64,000 nucleotides of DNA from Candidatus Aenigmatarchaeota archaeon (GTDB lineage: Archaea; Aenigmatarchaeota; Aenigmatarchaeia; QMZP01; QMZT01). The stretch lies in assembly GCA_041489155.1 (NCBI GenBank), contig JBGPQP010000005.1, positions 17,812 through 81,811 of the forward strand, written 5' to 3'. Shown here in pieces: positions 9,501 through 17,463 of this stretch. The position numbers and the translations under genes were made by a program. The notes under the pieces were generated by a model. That model was given only the letters and a program-made list of their open reading frames with translations, ran no database searches and was not told where the DNA came from. Within the stretch, counting starts at the first letter, position 1. The number at the start of each line of letters is the position of its first letter.

Positions 9501-12500
9501 TTCAATGAGCTGACCATAGACCACACCGCCAAATACTGCTCCCAGCAGGCGCAGACCATCACCTGCAATATTCCGACAGACAAGCTCTTTGAAAAGGTGA
9601 CCTGCGGCCAAGACGAGCTTGCGCCTGGCCAGGGTTCGAAGTATTATCCGCTTACCCTGACATTCCTTGTCAGGGCGGGCAACGAGCAGCTGACGATTTC
9701 AGGCACGAAGGACATATCCGTCTCAGCGAGACCGCTGGAGCCCTACCTGGACATTGTTGACAACGACATCTCAGGTGGAACGCTTCAGAACCCGATAAAC
9801 TGCCTCGGTTCCAAGTCGATAAAGCTCGGCGACAGCGGCTACGTCAGGATAATGTACGCCGACCTGCTGCACCCCGAGCCCAAGGAAGACGACCTCGTGT
9901 GGTCCTACAAGCTTGAGGCTCAGGACGACAAGGGCAAACTGACCCAGGGCACGGGCGTGTCGCCTGAAGCGAACGCGACAGTTTGCAAATTCATTACCTA
10001 TCAAAAAGTCGGGACCCATCGCATAGAAGACTATGAATGCTCCCTTTACGTGACCAGCAAGATGTTCCAGAGATGCGAGATGGGCGAAGGCACGATAAAG
10101 CTTTACGCTTCTTCCGGCACGGGTAAGAAGGCCGAGGGAGTCTTCGATATCTATGTTATAAGGGACGAGAGCCCGTACCAGATAGAGATGGAAATCCTTG
10201 GCACGCCGCCGAAGGACATAAACTGCCAGATACAGACAGACGACGGGCAGTGCACTCTCGCTTCCTATTCGCAGCTCAACGTCAGCCTGAGGATTTACAA
10301 CAGGAATGCTGACGTCGGCATCCCGGACCTGCAGGTTTACGATTTCGACGCCAACCTCACAGGCAAAACCGTCAACGCCAACCTGAGGTCGCTGGGCAAC
10401 TGCCAGAAGACTTCGCAGGAGGCCAACAAGTATATCTGCCCCTTCGAGATAGGCCCGACCATAAAGCTGCCGGACACGCCGGAATACAAGATAAACAAGG
10501 AGAACCCCGACACGCAGGAGTTCCCACCCATTTCCCTCGGCGCAGTGCAGGTCGCCGTTTACATAAAATACCTTGACAACAAGGTGCAGAAGACGCTGAC
10601 CGCGAACGACGGCACCATAACCATCCACCCGAAGCTGCTCGACAGCTACATCGACTACCTGAAGAGGCTGAAGGAGGCGCAGGACGCCTACAACAAGACG
10701 AAGGCTATCATGGTCACTGCGATAAGGTTCCTTTCCCTGTGCGCGACCTGCGTGATGGTCAACAAGTTCATGAAGGAGATATTTGGCGATGCTCCGAGCA
10801 TATGCAACAGCGACAATGACTGCACGAAAAACGACCCGAATGCCAAGTGCGTGGGCAACCAGTGCATGGGGACCACAGGAGGTCAAAACAGCACTCAGAA
10901 CCAAAATTCTGCATCTGCGTTGAAGACACAATGCGAAAATTGCATAAATGGCGGCGGATGCTGGTGCAAAAATGACAACAAATGCGGCAACACTGTCGGT
11001 TCTAACTGCGTGCAGCAAAGCCCGGCGCCATTTCTTATTTGCACTGCTATGTCTTGCGGTTCATATTATACGGCCGCTAATTCCCCGTCCGACTACCAGC
11101 CCGAGACCAGCGGAGCGAAACTAGCTGGTTCAGCTGTCGCAGCCGATTTCGCCGGTGAGAGCGGAGACGAAGGATTGTATCAGCCTGAGACGAGTACGCT
11201 AAACTTTGCATCATCAACCAGCCCCAAAGGAGATTGTGAGCGAACTGGACCCAACCCAGCTAATGGTTGTACAGTTTCATTAGAAGTGGTGATGAATAAA
11301 CCTTTCGCTGGCGATTATTTTGGTGTATATGCCCGAGCTAAATGCGACAAAATGGAAGAGGTTTCCGCACCTTTGATAAAAATAACCGATAAAAAATCAG
11401 GCACAGTCATTGTTGATGCAACTCCAAGTTCTAAATGTAGAGGCCCATGGGGCAGTAAAGACTATGAGTGCATGGTTAAGGTCAACTACCCCAAGTCCGG
11501 TGAACAGACGTTGGAAGCACAACTTTATGCTTATGAAAAAGACCAATTGTTTGGCCTAGTTACCATGCAAGAAGAAATTTATAAATGCGAAGGCGTAAAC
11601 ACGAGACTTACATTTAATGTTTTCGAGTCGGTCGATTGCAACACGTATGCGCAGAAAGTTGCAAAATCAAATGTTAAGATCTATGGCTACTGCGCCTCGA
11701 ATGACGATCAGTGCAACAATGTTTGTGCACAAAAAGGAAAAGAGGCTACTGCATCTTGGGCATGGCCACCAGACGGAAACAAATTAAAGGAATTTACAGA
11801 ACAAAATCTACCTTGTGGCGATCAAGCAGCATGTTGCGCCTGCAAGGACAAGGAGCCCGAAACCTTCGGCTCCTGCGCCGCTCCCTGCGGCAGCGAAAAA
11901 TGCTATGACAGCACGAAGGACAAATGCCCGGAAGGCAAGGAGTTCAAGGATGACTGGTGCTCCGGAGGGGCGAACATCAAATGCTGCGTTCCAACGGGAA
12001 CGCCTAACAAAAGCGGAGACGCTACGAACTCGCCGCCCCAGTGCAAGCCGCCGTGCAATAACGTCAATTCCGGCCAAGAATGCAGATGCGAAGGCTACTG
12101 TTTGTGCACTGATAGCAAAGGCGTGAAAACTTACATAGCCAAGGGCGTGAAGTGCGACGAAAATGCAGCTCCGAATGCAGCTTTACCCGCAGTAACAGGA
12201 AACGCCCCCGGAAGTGCAGGAGCAGCCGCGCCTGCGGCGCTCGACCTGACCAGCATAAAGACCCAGTTTGACAATTTTGGAGATTACTTCAGCTCAGGCA
12301 ACTGGTGGAAAGTTGTCATAGGTGCCCTGGGGATAGCACTGCTCATCCTGCTTGTCGCTACTAAACTATTCAAGTGGTTTGAGGAAAAGGAAGGAGAAAG
12401 CGAATACACCTCGGCGCTTAAATGGGGCATTAAATGGGGCATAGTATGCGGCGCGGCAGCGCCGCTCATCGAGGCAGTCTTCCCGAAGGAGCAGAAAGGC

Positions 12501-13562
12501 ACGGCAGGCGACATAAGCAACGTGCTGCAGAAGATTCTCAACTTCCCTTACAAGGTGTGCAAGTTCCTGATGGACAACCTCAGCACCATAATGATGCTGG
12601 TCAACATCTACTTCCAGTACCAAATGTTCGAGTATTGCATGAAGAACCTCGAGGACAGGGTTAGGCAGACGTATAACTATGGGGCGGCGTCTACCACCAG
12701 CGCAGCCGCCTCCCAAGCGTATAGCTCCGTCAACATGGCCAATGAGATGATGCAGTGCTTCAGCATGATGAAGGACATGACCTGCATGGCGATGGGAGCC
12801 TTCAACTCGCTTACCTTCTCGGGTCAGGGGATATTCAGCGACGGCGTTATGGAGGTAACACAGGATGGTTCAAGGAAGAAAACAGGCGACACCATTTACA
12901 ACGGGAAGCTGGAGGTAAGGGTTTCCGGCTTCTGCGAGAAGGTCGGCAGAAACGGCAAATACCAAGTCAGCATAACGGCGGTAATGGAGGACGGGACGAC
13001 CAAGGTATGTAAACCTGCTGATTATAACTGCGGCTCGAGCGGCGTCTATACTCCGTATTACACGCAGTCATATTATCCGTCGTATTATTCGTCATATGGT
13101 TCCAGCTATGGTTCCAGCAGCGGCTGCAGCCAATACATGAGCTATAACCCGAGCTCCGTCAACCAGAACATCCTTACCCTTTATATGCAGGACACCAACG
13201 ACTGGAACATCTGTGAAAGCGGAGGCACGATAAAGAAAGTGAGAATTGAGGGCCCGTGGGACCCGGTTGTGTTGAACTTCGCGAAGAAGGGAGGAACGAC
13301 GCCCACCACCAAAAAGAAATCCGGCGACACATGCGCAAATAATGTAGACTGTGAATCTGTCGTTTGTTGCTATACATCTTGGAATGACCTCACAATAACC
13401 GGTAAAAAAGTTTGCGTCAATGATCCGGTTGCATGTATATGCAAATATCCTGCCACTTCGGGCATTGGGTTATGTAAAGGGGAAGATTATAAAAATGCTA
13501 CTACGCCAACATGCGACGGAAAAGCGGAATGCCCGAACGAAAAGTATTATTGCTGCCGGTAG
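6573..13562 (+). CDS. Giant exported surface protein, ~2329 aa: repeated Cys-paired Ig-like domains, Cys-rich insert, hydrophobic helices, Tyr/Ser-rich segment, Cys-rich tail
   Basis: Signal peptide; ~100-aa repeats starting xSPxxxxC; TM-like WWKVVIGALGIALLILLVA; 7-kb uninterrupted ORF. Confidence 0.85.
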   Translation: MRIKNWQLLALQIIAVFCSYLIWSTTGATALEIRIFTSGGQQSTTTIPKFSDMIQKELSYPYQQNYQYLEMKLSSKSASYVIKKIYLFRCKDLDPVSCIEKGVNPVISVNPGSSSLVFDETYKWDDVSSNNVGNFLAMVKLDIAGKEVWTSSWDKVTKTGIRNFYNENNDVDRLDLYIKGASADVATSYIENYYAIPSDQMSRSIFESVGGSGVTKLYDLSGNKDRLDPSGTGIPSLKFSSMSGNIFNKSTDTWDFIIAADGKAGNPVVFYSTEAGPPITGGAKLVIDDWSPQIVTCYSGEVIKATMHAENASSIGYFQSYYYTIDGVKANEGTMTCSLVSPNASIYSYQCSIPVETFPACTAPGTSTIKVFFNYQGGVQLSGSFPVTLKAPSPSISVTSLSPTPFDCGIDNEITAKLQVSNPGEGAPEMEYTFDGENFNTLTCTGSGGSYTCTVPESRICELVQESLSLVFKFTYGETEVLSLPSTILVTFPPPSVGIDTVTPQAIDADKTTAVSVLLHVNYPDFITYNENNFNYKYLDKPFAPATCTLETSYSNIKYYRCNVALAIPSGRQGVETLAFRLDGFAEGKPKQLTANAFYEIMQPPPEPRFTIISTSSPVDCTADNFLTVNIKAENVDMTTLHEKVEYTTNSSGYYYAPCTASANIMTCSLPAKDLCDQMQNVLGIQFRHMVVTADKNKTYYSNSQKVYFNLPEPHMQVYAVSPDSLPAGAKTAATVSLYLQYPNMVGSSPAFLYTYLGKINQKMTCTKVSSTANRDFYDCANTNFEIPADYSESDVPVVFSVQGTTISFPFTIPVVALSKINPWLEIVASTPSRIEVVQGNETSASFYVTIHNAAESELKHQATVITNSMIASGTCKEADVVYDFNCDVKIKASKTTNVGANTANLTLRVEGKKTYDVTNSTTVYVLGEQARVDIQSASPETLYCEGNKQQNPDAVKITANAKNVASFTVLEEQISFNELTIDHTAKYCSQQAQTITCNIPTDKLFEKVTCGQDELAPGQGSKYYPLTLTFLVRAGNEQLTISGTKDISVSARPLEPYLDIVDNDISGGTLQNPINCLGSKSIKLGDSGYVRIMYADLLHPEPKEDDLVWSYKLEAQDDKGKLTQGTGVSPEANATVCKFITYQKVGTHRIEDYECSLYVTSKMFQRCEMGEGTIKLYASSGTGKKAEGVFDIYVIRDESPYQIEMEILGTPPKDINCQIQTDDGQCTLASYSQLNVSLRIYNRNADVGIPDLQVYDFDANLTGKTVNANLRSLGNCQKTSQEANKYICPFEIGPTIKLPDTPEYKINKENPDTQEFPPISLGAVQVAVYIKYLDNKVQKTLTANDGTITIHPKLLDSYIDYLKRLKEAQDAYNKTKAIMVTAIRFLSLCATCVMVNKFMKEIFGDAPSICNSDNDCTKNDPNAKCVGNQCMGTTGGQNSTQNQNSASALKTQCENCINGGGCWCKNDNKCGNTVGSNCVQQSPAPFLICTAMSCGSYYTAANSPSDYQPETSGAKLAGSAVAADFAGESGDEGLYQPETSTLNFASSTSPKGDCERTGPNPANGCTVSLEVVMNKPFAGDYFGVYARAKCDKMEEVSAPLIKITDKKSGTVIVDATPSSKCRGPWGSKDYECMVKVNYPKSGEQTLEAQLYAYEKDQLFGLVTMQEEIYKCEGVNTRLTFNVFESVDCNTYAQKVAKSNVKIYGYCASNDDQCNNVCAQKGKEATASWAWPPDGNKLKEFTEQNLPCGDQAACCACKDKEPETFGSCAAPCGSEKCYDSTKDKCPEGKEFKDDWCSGGANIKCCVPTGTPNKSGDATNSPPQCKPPCNNVNSGQECRCEGYCLCTDSKGVKTYIAKGVKCDENAAPNAALPAVTGNAPGSAGAAAPAALDLTSIKTQFDNFGDYFSSGNWWKVVIGALGIALLILLVATKLFKWFEEKEGESEYTSALKWGIKWGIVCGAAAPLIEAVFPKEQKGTAGDISNVLQKILNFPYKVCKFLMDNLSTIMMLVNIYFQYQMFEYCMKNLEDRVRQTYNYGAASTTSAAASQAYSSVNMANEMMQCFSMMKDMTCMAMGAFNSLTFSGQGIFSDGVMEVTQDGSRKKTGDTIYNGKLEVRVSGFCEKVGRNGKYQVSITAVMEDGTTKVCKPADYNCGSSGVYTPYYTQSYYPSYYSSYGSSYGSSSGCSQYMSYNPSSVNQNILTLYMQDTNDWNICESGGTIKKVRIEGPWDPVVLNFAKKGGTTPTTKKKSGDTCANNVDCESVVCCYTSWNDLTITGKKVCVNDPVACICKYPATSGIGLCKGEDYKNATTPTCDGKAECPNEKYYCCR

Positions 13563-13572
13563 ACTTTAGAAC

Positions 13573-13809
13573 TTATTTTATCATTCCCAGCTCTTTCAGT
13601 ATCTCCAGCCATGCCCAGGCCCAGATTATCGTCTCGAAACTGCGAATAAGGTCGCCTTTCTTAGCGAAGTGCTTCGAGTCCTTGACATAGGCCTTTATGT
13701 TCGCGACGAAGGACGCGTTCTTGCCGGTGATTTTTGTATCTGCCATTTCTTTCTCGATTTTCCTGGTCCACTTTTTTGTTTCTTTCTTCAGGCTGCCTGC
13801 GAGGCTCAT
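13573..13809 (-). CDS. DUF357 family protein
   Basis: 78 aa with NIKAYVKDSKHF...GDLIRSFETIIWAWAWLE pattern typical of archaeal DUF357. Confidence 0.75.
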   Translation of the reverse strand: MSLAGSLKKETKKWTRKIEKEMADTKITGKNASFVANIKAYVKDSKHFAKKGDLIRSFETIIWAWAWLEILKELGMIK

Positions 13810-13893
13810 AATTCTAATTGCCGGCAGTGATTAAATAAACCGCGCCGGCAATCGGCAAAATAAGAATAAAAAAGGCCTCGCTAATTATTATTT

Positions 13894-14244
13894 ATGTTTG
13901 AATTCCTTGGCGCGCTGGGCGGAGACCAGAACATACTGCTCTTTTTCGCGGTTTTCATAATTTTCACCATCCTTGCCTACAAGCTGGTCAAATTCGTTTT
14001 CAAGGTGCTGATGATAGGCCTGGTAGCTGCGATATTCCCGGTGGTCGGGAGCATGTTTTTCGGCCTGAACATCCCCATAAACCTGAGCAACATGATATGG
14101 TTTGCTGTCACTGGTATGGGCCTGTTCATAGCGTATTCCGCCGTCAGGATGGGCTGGAAAGCGATAAAACTCGCGCTCTCGCCGCTCAAGCTGTTCAGGC
14201 GCAAGGGCGGCAAGAAGGAAGCGCCACCGCAGCCGCAGAAATGA
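13894..14244 (+). CDS. Small membrane protein (about 3 TM), unknown function
   Basis: Hydrophobic segments and basic C-tail. Confidence 0.7.
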   Translation: MFEFLGALGGDQNILLFFAVFIIFTILAYKLVKFVFKVLMIGLVAAIFPVVGSMFFGLNIPINLSNMIWFAVTGMGLFIAYSAVRMGWKAIKLALSPLKLFRRKGGKKEAPPQPQK

Positions 14245-14296
14245 CGGCAGAGCGCCAGAGACATCTGCTTTTTAAACAGACAGGCAAATAACAATT

Positions 14297-15280
14297 ATGA
14301 TTGAGGAAGTCGAAAGAATTCTAAACGAGCGCGGTGCGCTCATACAGAAGGAAATCGAGAAAGCCATCCCCCGCGCCGGCATCCAGAACCTCCACGACGC
14401 GGTCTGGTACCACCTCGACACCGGCGGCAAGCGCATAAGGCCGGTCTTGGCGTTGCTGACGTGCGAGGCGCTGAAAGGCGACGTGGAAAAAGCGACGTCA
14501 TTCGCCGCCGCCTGCGAAATCCTCCACAACTGGCTGCTCGTGCATGATGACATCGAAGACGGCGACAAGGTCAGGAGGGACAAACCGGCAGTTTGGGTCA
14601 AATATGGCTTGGGCCATGGCATAAACATCGGCGACTTCATGTCGGAGAAGGTCTATGAGCTCGTCACCAAGTCCAACCTCGGCGAAAAGACGAAGATAGA
14701 CCTGATAAACGAAATCGTGGAGACATGCGTGAAGACGGCAGAAGGCCAGACCATGGACATGAATCTGCGGGACAACAACAACCCGAAGGAAGCGGATTAC
14801 ATGAAGATGATAGGCTTCAAGACCGCCTGGTATCTTACGCTGCCGATGGTCGGCGGCGCGGTAATCGCCGGCAGGCCGGAGCTTACCGATAAAATAAAGC
14901 AGTTCGGCATGAAAATCGGGCCCGCCTTCCAGATCGCCGACGACCTGCTCGACCTGACGAAAGGCAAAGGGCGAGGCGAAATCGGCTCGGACATAAAAGA
15001 AGGCAAGCGCAGCATCATGGTAATACACTGCATATCCAAATGCACTGAGGACGAGAAGGATACGCTCTTCGAGATTCTCAACAGACCCAGGGAGAACACG
15101 AGCCCGGCTGACATCCAGGCCGTCAAAGCGCTATTCGAGAAATACGGCTCCATCGACTATGCCGAGAAGAAGGCGAAGACGCTGGTGAAGGAAAGCAAGG
15201 CCGTAACAGCGAAGATGCCAAAGGAGCTGCAGCATGTCCTGGACCAGTTCGCAGATTACATAGTCGAGAGGAAAAAATAA
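14297..15280 (+). CDS. idsA: Polyprenyl diphosphate synthase (GGPP synthase family)
   Basis: GGKRIRP, FARM HDDIEDGD..RR, GQTMD, KTA, SARM FQIADDLLD. Confidence 0.9.
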   Translation: MIEEVERILNERGALIQKEIEKAIPRAGIQNLHDAVWYHLDTGGKRIRPVLALLTCEALKGDVEKATSFAAACEILHNWLLVHDDIEDGDKVRRDKPAVWVKYGLGHGINIGDFMSEKVYELVTKSNLGEKTKIDLINEIVETCVKTAEGQTMDMNLRDNNNPKEADYMKMIGFKTAWYLTLPMVGGAVIAGRPELTDKIKQFGMKIGPAFQIADDLLDLTKGKGRGEIGSDIKEGKRSIMVIHCISKCTEDEKDTLFEILNRPRENTSPADIQAVKALFEKYGSIDYAEKKAKTLVKESKAVTAKMPKELQHVLDQFADYIVERKK

Positions 15281-15353
15281 CCGCCCTATAGTGAAATTCA
15301 TTTCTGCAATTTCTTTTTAACAGATTTAAGTAGGGGCAAGACAAATATTTAAT

Positions 15354-16076
15354 ATGCCCAAAAAAGCAGATTTATCTTCACCTTTCAGGTCGTCGATGGA
15401 GAGGGTTTCCACAGGCATCCCGGGCCTCGACGATGAGATGGAAGGCGGTTTTGTAAAGGGCTCTGTCATTCTTGTGACAGGCGGAACAGGCACGGGCAAA
15501 ACGACTTTCTGCGGACAATATTTATGGGAAGGCCTGAAAAAAGGGGAAGCCGGCCTTTACATTTCTCTGGAGGAAGACCCCGAGGACATAAAGACCGATC
15601 TCAAGCGTTACGGCTTCGAGTTCGAGAAATACGAAAGGGAAGGGACATTCAAGCTCGTTTACCAGAACCCCTTCGAGGTTTCGGATTTGCCGTCGGCTGT
15701 TATAAACGCGATAAATTCGGTTAACGCGAAGCGGATAGTCATAGACCCTATTTCGATAATTGCGATGTATCTGAAAGACGCCGCCGTCATGAGGAAGCGG
15801 CTGTTCGAGCTCATACGCCTTCTCAAGAAAACGGGCGTTACGGCGGTCGTGACATCCGAAATCCTTGACAACGAGATAGGCGAGCGCGTCGGAGGCAGCC
15901 TGTCGAGGGACGGCGTCAGCGAGTTCGTGGCTGACGGTGTTATAGTTCTAAACCTGTTTGGCATAGGCGGGGGTATAACAAGATCAATACTGATAAGGAA
16001 AATGAGACGAACAAAGCACGGCATGGACATCTATCCGATAGAAATGGGCCCGAATGGCATCTACTTGAAAACATAG
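15354..16076 (+). CDS. KaiC/RAD55-like RecA-superfamily ATPase (single domain)
   Basis: STGIPGLD, Walker A GGTGTGKT, SLEE, RIVID, SEFVADGVI, KMRRTKH. Confidence 0.9.
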   Translation: MPKKADLSSPFRSSMERVSTGIPGLDDEMEGGFVKGSVILVTGGTGTGKTTFCGQYLWEGLKKGEAGLYISLEEDPEDIKTDLKRYGFEFEKYEREGTFKLVYQNPFEVSDLPSAVINAINSVNAKRIVIDPISIIAMYLKDAAVMRKRLFELIRLLKKTGVTAVVTSEILDNEIGERVGGSLSRDGVSEFVADGVIVLNLFGIGGGITRSILIRKMRRTKHGMDIYPIEMGPNGIYLKT

Positions 16077-16095
16077 ATTTCTTTTCAATTCGACA

Positions 16096-16608
16096 CTAAG
16101 AAACCTTTGCACAGAACTGGCAATACCTGTTCCCCTTTGCAATGCATGATACCTCTTGGCAGCAAACCCTTTTTCCGAAAAATTCAGTGAAAAACCCGCC
16201 TATCATGCCGGCCAGGATTTCATCGGCATTCTCTTTCTTGCCGAGTCTGACATACTCCGATGCGATGGGGGAGTTTTTGCAATTCACTACGACAGAGCAC
16301 TTATCGTTGCTTATTTCGATTATTTCCATGTCGCCGAAGCCCGATAAATTGATCATGTTGAGCCAGAATTTCATGCACTCGTCCTTTTCGGTCCCCATTT
16401 TTTTGGAATATTCAAAGATGCTCTTTGAGATATCCTCTCCGAATTTGTAAAGTACATCTAGTGAATTCTTGCTCTTAAGCTCTTCCCTGAGCTTCACAAA
16501 CGCCATCACTGGTCCAAGAAAAAAGTTTTTGTTGAAAATTTTGAATTCGCCGTTTCCCACGTCGACCGTTCTCGAGAACAGCAGTTTTTTGAAAAATGGT
16601 GATATCAT
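16096..16608 (-). CDS. V4R domain protein
   Basis: C-terminal EVSCIAKGNRYCQF and SGFG motif. Confidence 0.8.
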   Translation of the reverse strand: MISPFFKKLLFSRTVDVGNGEFKIFNKNFFLGPVMAFVKLREELKSKNSLDVLYKFGEDISKSIFEYSKKMGTEKDECMKFWLNMINLSGFGDMEIIEISNDKCSVVVNCKNSPIASEYVRLGKKENADEILAGMIGGFFTEFFGKRVCCQEVSCIAKGNRYCQFCAKVS

Positions 16609-16610
16609 AT

Positions 16611-17201
16611 TCAGTCATTAGTCAGCTTCAATACAAACTCGCAGAATTCGTCACCCTTCCCCTTGCATTTAGACTCCACCGATTCTATTTTTTTGCCGAG
16701 CAGCTTTGCGAAAAACGATTTGAACATGCCCAGTATAAAGAGGCATGACATTTCTTCAAAAACAGGCAGGCCGCAGCATTCGCCGCATTCCCTGAGCCTC
16801 AATATCACTTCATTGCCTTTGAAATCGCCAATTTCCAGAATGCCATAGCGGGAATTGAGCATGAACTTTTTGAACTCCCCTACTATTGTGTTACTTTCAA
16901 TGTCCTTTTTTGTCTTGGCTTTCCTGATATTCTCAAGATTTTTCGATGTTTCAGGGCACAACGGCGCATAATCGCAGTAGGCTTCACCCAAAAAATTGCC
17001 TATGAATTCACCGTTTTCCGTCATCTTCTTCCTGCATTCCTGACTTGTCAGTAAAAGAGGAACGCTCATCTGCGAAAAAATAACGTTAATCTCGTTACCC
17101 ATCTTTGGTCTCACGATGCTCATTTTGTCATGGACTATGTCGTAGTATTTCAGGAGCAAGGCGTCTCTGAAAGAATTTAGATCATCGTTTTCTTTGCCCA
17201 T
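16611..17201 (-). CDS. V4R domain protein
   Basis: ECGECC...SCLFILG...ESKCKGKGDEFCEF. Confidence 0.8.
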   Translation of the reverse strand: MGKENDDLNSFRDALLLKYYDIVHDKMSIVRPKMGNEINVIFSQMSVPLLLTSQECRKKMTENGEFIGNFLGEAYCDYAPLCPETSKNLENIRKAKTKKDIESNTIVGEFKKFMLNSRYGILEIGDFKGNEVILRLRECGECCGLPVFEEMSCLFILGMFKSFFAKLLGKKIESVESKCKGKGDEFCEFVLKLTND

Positions 17202-17202
17202 T

Positions 17203-17433
17203 TTATCCCATCCTGATTATCAGTCTCCAACTTCCATCTTCCTTCTTGACTTCTTCGACTTTTGCCCCTATTTTTTTTGCTATTTCCGGAATGCTTTTCA
17301 GGGCGTCGCAATCGGTGACTATGACTTCTAGTTCGATTCTTTTTATGCCTTTTTTCTTCAGTTCCCTGAGCTTATTGCTGACAGAAATGATAGGATAGGG
17401 ACAAACCTTTCCGCTTAAATCCAGAGTTTCCAT
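17203..17433 (-). CDS. tusA: TusA/SirA-family sulfur carrier
   Basis: LDLSGKVCPYP motif, ~76 aa. Confidence 0.85.
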   Translation of the reverse strand: METLDLSGKVCPYPIISVSNKLRELKKKGIKRIELEVIVTDCDALKSIPEIAKKIGAKVEEVKKEDGSWRLIIRMG

Positions 17434-17463
17434 GATTTTTATTTGTTGCAATCCCTATTTAAA

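Noticed and set aside
9771..11018. 415-aa antisense ORF, and similar long shadows (7833..8717, 28945..29817, 36197..37123, 46603..47511)
   Set aside because: They lie opposite well-supported genes, carry no motifs, and are expected from codon bias on the coding strand
198..13562. Diversity-generating retroelement acting on the surface genes
   Set aside because: No reverse transcriptase and no near-identical TR/VR pair differing at adenines was seen in the window
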